This document shows, piece after piece, positions 57,242 through 64,000 of a DNA stretch of 64,000 nt (position 1 is the first letter of the stretch; each line of letters starts with the position of its first letter). Made by a program: the position numbers and the translations under genes. The stretch spans positions 303,341 through 367,340 of the forward strand of contig CP006914.1 in NCBI GenBank assembly GCA_000503835.1. The letters run 5' to 3'. The notes under the pieces were generated by a model. That model had not been told where the DNA came from, ran no database searches, and was given only the letters and a program-made list of their open reading frames with translations. The stretch comes from a candidate division WWE3 bacterium RAAC2_WWE3_1. GTDB taxonomy: Bacteria; Patescibacteriota; WWE3; UBA101185; UBA10185.

Positions 57242-58792
57242 TTAATCGATCTTTTGATACAAATAAATATACGGTTTTACCCACAGACTTCCGGGAAACT
57301 CTATTTTCTTTACCTCTTCCGTCAAATACAGGTCACGATAAGGCTTGTTCACATCCGCGCTGTCGTATGTAAAGTCGAATACGTAGTTCCTCCTAAGATT
57401 GAGGTATTTTAATTTCCACGCGTTCGTTCCCTGTATCCTTCTCGGCTCTTTGTCGTAAGTGATGACCAACTCCTCGGACTTGTTCCAGATATACTTATTT
57501 ACCAAAATAAAATCCATCGACAACTGGTAGTTGTAGAAAACGAGGAACGCCAAAAACGGGACGATTAAAATCTTATTTACAACCTTTAAACCGCTTACAC
57601 CTAAAATAAGAAAGATGGACGCCGGAACAAGAATCACCAGATATCTGTCGTAAAAGGTCTCTGTTACGGTCATTACTCCAAGGTAGGTGATTATAAAGAC
57701 CGCCCACAACCCGCTTATTTTTTTAATCTTCAAGAGCGCGTAGGAAATAAAAACGCTTAATATTATCTTTGCCGCGGAATCCCAATGTCGGTAAAGATCA
57801 AACATGTACCTGAAATAATATTTGGTTCCGAGCACCCCGCGCGGATAAAATCCTTTTCGCTCAAATGTGTTTTCGAAATAGGGAAATTCTCCCCACGATA
57901 CTTTTGACGGTTGAAAATAATGATTTAATAAAAAATATGCGCCCGCGGCAATACCCAAAAAAATGACCCATTTTAATTTATTTTTCTCCTTAAACCCGGG
58001 CACGAGCAAAGGAAGGAGAAGGGCAGACATCAGTATAAATGAACCGTAAATCAGTGAGTAAACATAAGGTGTGTCCTTAAGATGATGAAACTGCAAACCT
58101 TTCTCCAGCATCTCCGGAGTTGCCGGAAAAACAAGCGCATAATAAATACCCAGACCTGCCAGAATTATCAAATTTAATAGAACCTGTTTCCTATCCAGTT
58201 TGAAAAAAGAGTATATAAGGGCGGAAAGGGGTAACACCAAAGCAACCTGCCGTATATTTAACGCCAGAAAAATAAATACAACGTATAACACCGTGCTTTT
58301 TCTGCTTCCCGACCCCACTGTATCTAAATAAAACAGGATCGATAAAAGCATAAAAAGAAGAAAGTAATTCTCCGTCATAAAGCCCCACACCGAATAAATA
58401 AAAAGTGGATTAAAAAACATTACGAGCGACACCGGCACAGACCAAAACCGTCCCAAATTAAAATGTTTGAGCAAAATGACAAAAAGAAAGAAAAAACACA
58501 GGACAGAAACAATAAGAGTGAGGACGGGCAGCCTTTCCAACCCAAAAACCCGTGCAAAAAGAAGCCCCATTACACCCTGAGTATAAAAGGTGGGTGCCGA
58601 CAACGGATCCAGTCTAAAGTCCAGTTTCATGAAATTTTCGACCATGCCGTAATAAACCCAATCATCGTTCTGCATGAAATCTATTTTCAAGGAAAGCGGG
58701 AGCAACAGGAAAAAAAGTGCGATAGCGGCTGCCGCGCCGAAGAAATAATTGCTATTAACAATTTTGTTCAGTAATTCTTTCTTTACATGCAT
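57242..58792 (-). CDS. GT-C-fold membrane glycosyltransferase paralogue
   Basis: Polytopic. Start trimmed to an internal Met (58792) to avoid overlap with the gene at 58806-59894; the ORF track extends it to 58939. Confidence 0.4.
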   Translation of the reverse strand: MHVKKELLNKIVNSNYFFGAAAAIALFFLLLPLSLKIDFMQNDDWVYYGMVENFMKLDFRLDPLSAPTFYTQGVMGLLFARVFGLERLPVLTLIVSVLCFFFLFVILLKHFNLGRFWSVPVSLVMFFNPLFIYSVWGFMTENYFLLFMLLSILFYLDTVGSGSRKSTVLYVVFIFLALNIRQVALVLPLSALIYSFFKLDRKQVLLNLIILAGLGIYYALVFPATPEMLEKGLQFHHLKDTPYVYSLIYGSFILMSALLLPLLVPGFKEKNKLKWVIFLGIAAGAYFLLNHYFQPSKVSWGEFPYFENTFERKGFYPRGVLGTKYYFRYMFDLYRHWDSAAKIILSVFISYALLKIKKISGLWAVFIITYLGVMTVTETFYDRYLVILVPASIFLILGVSGLKVVNKILIVPFLAFLVFYNYQLSMDFILVNKYIWNKSEELVITYDKEPRRIQGTNAWKLKYLNLRRNYVFDFTYDSADVNKPYRDLYLTEEVKKIEFPGSLWVKPYIYLYQKID

Positions 58793-58805
58793 ATGAACGC
58801 AGGTT

Positions 58806-59894
58806 TCAAAGTGGACGCCAGATGTGAAAACCTTCCTTCCAATAATATATATAGACGTAATAAAAAACCCAGTAAGAAAGAAGGGATAAATAATACAGCA
58901 GGAGTTTTCTGCCCAGCACGCCATACATTGTGATTGCATAAACAGGCATTATCCAAAGCATGTACGTGCGATTAAGTACCGGGGTGAAAAAATAAAACAA
59001 CGCCAAACACACTGCAGCCAGCAAATATTTTTCTTTTATTTTAAAGAAAAAATGCGCGATACTTGTAAAGAGCCAGGCCGACAATATAGAAGCGTACACG
59101 TAAAATTTGACGGGAATTATCCGCACAAGCTCCACTTTACCGTAATAACTTATAAACCATAAAAAGGGACGTCCCTGAACAAACCGCTCCTCATGTACAA
59201 AGACTGCTCCGTTAAGGTAAGTCATAAAATCATCCCATGATCCAAGGAAAGGAATACTTAACGCGAAACCGATCAGAGCGGAGGAGATTATGATTTTTAT
59301 CGGTTTTTGGGATCTCAAAAGAAAGAGCGGCAGTAAAACGATAGAGTAGGGCTTGGCCGCAACCGCCAGGGCAAGAAATACTCCCGCAAGAACATCGTCT
59401 TTGTCCAGATAGTAAAGAGCAAGCAACGATAAAAATACCGGCAGAGGGTCCGTATAAACATAATTATTTTTCATGTAGAAATAAGGGTTCCAGAACCAAA
59501 AGAGAAGGGCGCCCAAAAGGGCAGCATAATTTTTACGGTAAAGATATTTAACAAGTAATATGCCGACACCCACATCGGCTAACAATATGGGTATCTTGCT
59601 CAAAACATAAAAGGATACTCCGCTAAGTTTTGAGATGATATAAAAGAACGAATTTAAGTAAAGAAGCAGGGGCAGGTAAGCATACCCGTGGTTTCCCGGG
59701 TCGTCCGGATTGGAATATGATTCTACGGTCCATTTATAAGGATTCACCCCCGTTAAAATATCTTCCACAGATTTCTCGTACGCGTAGATGTCTTTTCCGA
59801 ACCCGCCGAAAAATTCAATACGCATAAACACGGCCGCCAAAAACATCGCGGCGACCACAGCTATTTTAATGAATTTTGTGAATTTATTTTTCAT
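58806..59894 (-). CDS. Polytopic membrane protein, GT-C/DUF2029-like paralogue
   Basis: 362 aa, ~9 TM. Confidence 0.4.
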   Translation of the reverse strand: MKNKFTKFIKIAVVAAMFLAAVFMRIEFFGGFGKDIYAYEKSVEDILTGVNPYKWTVESYSNPDDPGNHGYAYLPLLLYLNSFFYIISKLSGVSFYVLSKIPILLADVGVGILLVKYLYRKNYAALLGALLFWFWNPYFYMKNNYVYTDPLPVFLSLLALYYLDKDDVLAGVFLALAVAAKPYSIVLLPLFLLRSQKPIKIIISSALIGFALSIPFLGSWDDFMTYLNGAVFVHEERFVQGRPFLWFISYYGKVELVRIIPVKFYVYASILSAWLFTSIAHFFFKIKEKYLLAAVCLALFYFFTPVLNRTYMLWIMPVYAITMYGVLGRKLLLYYLSLLSYWVFYYVYIYYWKEGFHIWRPL

Positions 59895-61383
59895 CTATGC
59901 TCACTTTATATATCCTCATCGTATTTTCGCCCCGAACTTCTATTCTCTTCACCGTCTTTTTATTTTTTATCGAAGGAAAAGTGTAATCATTGACGAACGA
60001 CAGCGGTCGTTTAACACCTATGGCATAATATTCGGCTTCTTTACCGTACCTGAGAGGAAGATAAAATCCTCCTATGCTGGATTCTTCGTTCGTAACGTAA
60101 GGAATATCCGAACCGTTCCGGGAGTTCTCGCCTACAAGAAATTCGGCAGCTTCTTTCCAGCCCCGGTAGATAGGGAAGCCGATTATGTTGTTGGGAAGGC
60201 TTCTCTGAGAGTAGGGTCTGGTCTTGTAGCCCAAAATATCTTCCTGCGCCCACGGGTAATCCACCCGCGTATCTGCGAACAATAAATAATCCTGATACGC
60301 GAAAAAGGAGAAAAGGACTATTAACAAAATAACAACAGCCTTAGACAACAATCCTTTAAAAAGCTGATAAAAATACTGAGCGCCCAACGCGGCAAGCACT
60401 GCCAAAGGATAAAAAATGTTGTAAACATGAGTACCGGGTTTTATAACGAGGAATAAAAAAGCTGCTAACGACATCAAGAACCAGTAAAAATACGGGAACG
60501 CCCTTTTGGATCCGATAAGTCCCGCAAAGGCCAACGCCCCCAGCGCATAAAGGTAAATAAACGGGTTATAAAGTTCAATTTTCCCGATGTACTCTTTAAG
60601 GTTAGCCATGACGCCCTCAAAAGAAATATCGGTATATCCGACCCTTGATTTAAAATAATTAATGTTTACGGCATCAGACAAAGCTACGCTCGAGTAATTT
60701 ATAAAAAAGGGTAAAAAGACCAATAGAACGGGCAGGGACATGGCGCCTATAATAGATCTTTTTTGTTTTCCTCTCAGCGGTGCAAACAGAACATACCTAC
60801 AGAACAAAAATAATGCCGGGGGCAGAACAAAGAGCATATCCCAGTGGGACATCGCGGATAGGCTCAAAAATAAAGAGCTTAAAATAGAATTTATTATTCT
60901 GTGCTTCTCGTTTTTTAATAATGAAAGAAAATATAATCCTGAGAATGAGAAAAGCAGGTTGAGACTTTGGTATTGAACGACCCTCCCGAAAGCTACCAAC
61001 ATCCCGTTCAGACCCAGAAATAATGTCGCCACTACAGCCACAAACTGCCCTTCTAAATTTTCTATGAATTTATAGAAAAAGAACAATCCCAGAACCGAAG
61101 CCAGAAAAAAAGGAAATCGGTAGGAAAACTCGTCGAACACGTTCACGCCGAAAACACTGACCGCCTGAGCAGTCAAAAACTGCATCGGACCTTTTCTCTG
61201 AGCAAATAAAAAGTCGGCGTTTATTTCGGAGTCTTTAACAGGGGTCATGACCGTAGTTTCATCAGGAATATACTCAGAAAACCCGAGATTAATCAGACGC
61301 AAAAGTGTGAACGAAAGGAATACCGCAGTCAGCACCACAATGTTAGCGTATTTAACTATTACGGCTATATTCTTCTCAAGCAT
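59884..61383 (-). CDS. GT-C-fold glycosyltransferase (GT39/ArnT-like)
   Basis: Shares the QRKGPMQF and RFPFFLASVLG (ArnT RLPSAL-like) blocks with the paralogue at 62063-63499. Confidence 0.55.
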   Translation of the reverse strand: MLEKNIAVIVKYANIVVLTAVFLSFTLLRLINLGFSEYIPDETTVMTPVKDSEINADFLFAQRKGPMQFLTAQAVSVFGVNVFDEFSYRFPFFLASVLGLFFFYKFIENLEGQFVAVVATLFLGLNGMLVAFGRVVQYQSLNLLFSFSGLYFLSLLKNEKHRIINSILSSLFLSLSAMSHWDMLFVLPPALFLFCRYVLFAPLRGKQKRSIIGAMSLPVLLVFLPFFINYSSVALSDAVNINYFKSRVGYTDISFEGVMANLKEYIGKIELYNPFIYLYALGALAFAGLIGSKRAFPYFYWFLMSLAAFLFLVIKPGTHVYNIFYPLAVLAALGAQYFYQLFKGLLSKAVVILLIVLFSFFAYQDYLLFADTRVDYPWAQEDILGYKTRPYSQRSLPNNIIGFPIYRGWKEAAEFLVGENSRNGSDIPYVTNEESSIGGFYLPLRYGKEAEYYAIGVKRPLSFVNDYTFPSIKNKKTVKRIEVRGENTMRIYKVSIDEK

Positions 61384-61460
61384 TTATAACTAAATTCTAG
61401 CAAAAAAGAGAATTTATGATATTATATAGATACACGTAAATATATTGAAAGGAGCGCTTC

Positions 61461-62060
61461 ATGCTAAAAGATCTTCCGGAATTAAATTACACGTTCGATG
61501 CTTTGGAACCGTACATAGACGCGCAAACAATGGAGATTCATTACACAAAACACCACAAAACGTACTTAGATAAATTAATTATGGCAGTTTCCGGTACGTC
61601 ATTGGAAAACATGGAGCTGGAAGATATATTAATGTCGCCCGGCGCTATAGATGAAACCATAAAAACAGCCGTGTTGAACAACGGCGGCGGAGTATTTAAC
61701 CACAACTTTTTCTGGAAAATTATGGGGCCGCCGAATAGTAATGCTCCCGAAGGCGGGATATTAGAAAAAATCAACGAGACATTCGGTTCTTTTCAGGCTT
61801 TTAAAGAGGAGTTCAACAAAAGCGCTTTGTCACTTTTCGGAAGCGGCTGGACGTGGCTGGTGCAAGGAAAAGACGGGAAGGTCATGATAATGAACACTCA
61901 AAACCAGGTTACGCCTATATCTGAGGGTTACAGACCTATACTGGCCCTGGATATATGGGAGCACGCCTACTATCTCAAATATCAGAACAGGCGCGCAGAC
62001 TACATCTCTAACTGGTGGAACGTGGTCAATTGGAAAAATGTCAGCCAAATGCTGGCCTAA
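61461..62060 (+). CDS. sod: Fe/Mn superoxide dismutase
   Basis: HYTKHHKTY and DIWEHAYY metal-ligand motifs. SD AAAGGAGC. Confidence 0.9.
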   Translation: MLKDLPELNYTFDALEPYIDAQTMEIHYTKHHKTYLDKLIMAVSGTSLENMELEDILMSPGAIDETIKTAVLNNGGGVFNHNFFWKIMGPPNSNAPEGGILEKINETFGSFQAFKEEFNKSALSLFGSGWTWLVQGKDGKVMIMNTQNQVTPISEGYRPILALDIWEHAYYLKYQNRRADYISNWWNVVNWKNVSQMLA

Positions 62061-62062
62061 AA

Positions 62063-63499
62063 TCACTTAATAAGCTTGTAGACACGTGAAACAGGTTCGG
62101 TGCCGTTAAAGAACTCAGCTTTAAGGTTATACCTGCCGGCATTTTCCGAAAGGAAATGTTCCTTAGGATTATCAATCTCCTGGCTATCGATTACATGCAC
62201 GTAGTATTGGGGTAAAAAATTGGGACCGGGCCGCGTATAAGCAAACCCCCTCAGATAATAATCGGCGTACGAATCATTATCATTTGTAAAAACTCCGTTT
62301 ACGTCTTTCTTTTCCTCAAAATACATTCTTATCCGTTCCCACCCCCTGTTATACGGAAAACCGTATAAAAAAAGCTGATATTTTTTCTCTATTTTATTTA
62401 CGCGCAAGCCAAGAAAACTTGATTGTTTCCACGGATAACCTGTATTTAAAGAAGGAACGAAGGTAAAAAAGGAAATACCCACGTACATACAAAGTAGGGC
62501 GGTGGCCGTATAGCGCATATACTTTCCCGCTTTTGAGAGCATAACTCCGCTTAAAATTATTAAAGGGAGCAGATAGTTTTGAATATGAGTCCCCGGGTTC
62601 TTAATAATTACTTCGTAGAAAGCTAATGCCGCGATGAACCATACCTGAACTATACTTAATTTACGATCCCCCTTTGTAAAAAAGGAGAAAAGCCCGGGAA
62701 GCATAAAAATAAAGAAAACGTATAAAGGGTTGTAGACGCCGGTCGTATATAGCGAACTATTAGGTAAATATCCGCTTCCCGACATACGTCTTGATACATA
62801 ATTTAGTGTGTTGGAAGCTAAGTATCCCTTAATTATGTACGGAAGGTAGAACGGCAGTAAAAACAATACCGAAGGTAATAAAAAATATTTAATAAAAGGT
62901 ACGGCATCCTTTTTATTTCCGATATAGATTAAAATGATCGGGATCAGAAAAAATATACCGTCGTAGTGGCTGTAAACTGAAAACGACCAGAACAGTGCAG
63001 AAATAAGAAGATATATTTTCTTTTGATTTTGTTTAGATAAAAGGGTAAATAATAAAGACAGAAGCCCGAACAACATTAAAAACGACTGGTATTGAGCGGT
63101 CCGCCCGAAAGCTACGCTGAATCCGGAGAAAGCGTAGATGGTTGTCGAAAAGTATGCCGCGGTATTGCCGAATAGCTTTTTGACGACAAAATAAAAAACT
63201 ACCACCGACAGAACAGAGGCTAAAGAGAAAGGCAGACGTATCCAGGCTTCGTTGTAGCCTCCTGATATCTTTTCCATTACCCAGGTTGCAACGAACTGTA
63301 CAGGTCCCTTTCTTTGATCCAGTAAAAACTCGAAAGCCGCGACCGTCTTATCCAGATATAAGGTTTTTATTTCGTCTCCGTAATAATGAGAATACCCCAA
63401 ACCCGAAACGCGTACAGAAAAACTGGCGATAACTAAAAGAAGAAGAAATGTTTGTTCAAAGCTTAGCTTTTTAAGTAATACCCCGGGTCTAGTAAGCAT
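62063..63499 (-). CDS. GT-C-fold glycosyltransferase (GT39/ArnT-like)
   Basis: QRKGPVQF and RLPFSLASVLS blocks. 478 aa. Confidence 0.55.
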   Translation of the reverse strand: MLTRPGVLLKKLSFEQTFLLLLVIASFSVRVSGLGYSHYYGDEIKTLYLDKTVAAFEFLLDQRKGPVQFVATWVMEKISGGYNEAWIRLPFSLASVLSVVVFYFVVKKLFGNTAAYFSTTIYAFSGFSVAFGRTAQYQSFLMLFGLLSLLFTLLSKQNQKKIYLLISALFWSFSVYSHYDGIFFLIPIILIYIGNKKDAVPFIKYFLLPSVLFLLPFYLPYIIKGYLASNTLNYVSRRMSGSGYLPNSSLYTTGVYNPLYVFFIFMLPGLFSFFTKGDRKLSIVQVWFIAALAFYEVIIKNPGTHIQNYLLPLIILSGVMLSKAGKYMRYTATALLCMYVGISFFTFVPSLNTGYPWKQSSFLGLRVNKIEKKYQLFLYGFPYNRGWERIRMYFEEKKDVNGVFTNDNDSYADYYLRGFAYTRPGPNFLPQYYVHVIDSQEIDNPKEHFLSENAGRYNLKAEFFNGTEPVSRVYKLIK

Positions 63500-64000
63500 C
63501 TGATTTTACCTGAACACCCCGTTCTGCGAGAAGTCTGACGGCGTCAAGAGCGGCCATACAGCCTATCCCCGAAGCTGTTATCGCCTGTCTGTAATGATGG
63601 TCGGCAACGTCTCCCGCTGCAAAAACACCTTCTTTGGAGGTTTTTGTGTTCGAATTCACAACTATGTAGCCTTTTTCGTCTAACTCGATAAATCCCTTTA
63701 GAAATGATGTGTTGGGTTCGTGCCCTATTGCTACGAACAAACCTTTAACGTCGCTCATTTCTTTTTCCTCGCCTGTCTTATTGTTAAAGACACGCAGTCC
63801 CTCCACATTACGTTCTCCCAGCACCTCTCTAACCTCGGTGTTAAACACAAATTCTATTTTTGGATTATCTTCGGAACGTTTTTGCATTATCCTGCTGGCT
63901 TTCATATGTTCTTTGTCACCTCTTACCAAAACGTAGACCATGGAAGCAAACTTAGTTAAAAACAGACTTTCTTCCATCGCGGCGTCTCCTCCGCCCACTA
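63489..64000 (-). CDS. trxB: Thioredoxin reductase (C-terminal part; gene continues beyond the window end)
   Basis: LFVAIGHEPNT, AAGDVADHHYRQAITASGIGCMAALDA. Confidence 0.75.
   Translation of the reverse strand, partial: VGGGDAAMEESLFLTKFASMVYVLVRGDKEHMKASRIMQKRSEDNPKIEFVFNTEVREVLGERNVEGLRVFNNKTGEEKEMSDVKGLFVAIGHEPNTSFLKGFIELDEKGYIVVNSNTKTSKEGVFAAGDVADHHYRQAITASGIGCMAALDAVRLLAERGVQVKSDAY

Noticed and set aside
1-64000. CRISPR arrays, integrase/transposase/recombinase genes, rRNA genes
   Set aside because: I searched by eye for regularly spaced direct repeats and for recombinase-like ORFs and found none. The island and tRNA scars therefore lack an identifiable mobility enzyme in this window.

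Overview
This 64-kb window looks like a Candidate Phyla Radiation (CPR)-type bacterial genome. The main signs are strong Shine-Dalgarno sites, CCA-encoding tRNAs, a U1:A72 tRNA-Gln, a PGRP-type peptidoglycan amidase, and six GT-C glycosyltransferase paralogues. Gene density is high on both strands. From the 5' end the window contains:
- A tRNA-Val(TAC) gene flanked by partial copies of itself, followed by a ParB-like 'DGSHR'-motif protein.
- A patatin gene and a tRNA-Gln(TTG).
- A roughly 4-kb island bounded by a ~300-bp direct repeat. The right-hand copy carries a decayed copy of the patatin 3' end, a 15-G homopolymer and a pseudo-tRNA-Gln.
- Inside that island, a previously unannotated 46-aa ORF whose leader ('PFGAKYL') closely matches the microviridin 'PFFARFL' motif. 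It sits 100 nt upstream of an MdnC-like ATP-grasp ligase and carries a Thr/Ser/Asp-rich core, so this is a candidate graspetide (RiPP) gene cluster. Candidate tailoring genes are an alpha/beta hydrolase, a 167-aa unknown protein and a SAM methyltransferase.
- A fermentative energy module: an ADP-forming acetyl-CoA synthetase (alpha-beta fusion) carrying an unusual C-terminal FNR-like FAD/NAD(P) reductase domain, with a stand-alone FNR paralogue at 1979-2710, a two-subunit 2-oxoacid:ferredoxin oxidoreductase, a single-cluster ferredoxin, and a minimal [NiFe] hydrogenase (small and large subunits, HypC, maturation protease).
- A copper/metal island: a His-rich P1B ATPase with an atypical CPD transmembrane motif, an HMA-membrane-cupredoxin fusion protein, a CopZ chaperone and a CPC-type CopA.
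- A membrane-anchored cupredoxin next to a YedZ/ferric-reductase-like heme-b protein.
- A sugar module (pyruvate kinase, GH1, GH5-like, ROK kinase).
- A divergent Elp3 / Trm9-like methyltransferase pair, suggesting a eukaryote/archaea-style (m)cm5U34 tRNA modification pathway.
- A cyclophilin, a protein-L-isoaspartate methyltransferase, an Fe/Mn superoxide dismutase and a partial thioredoxin reductase.
No CRISPR array, integrase, transposase or rRNA gene was seen.
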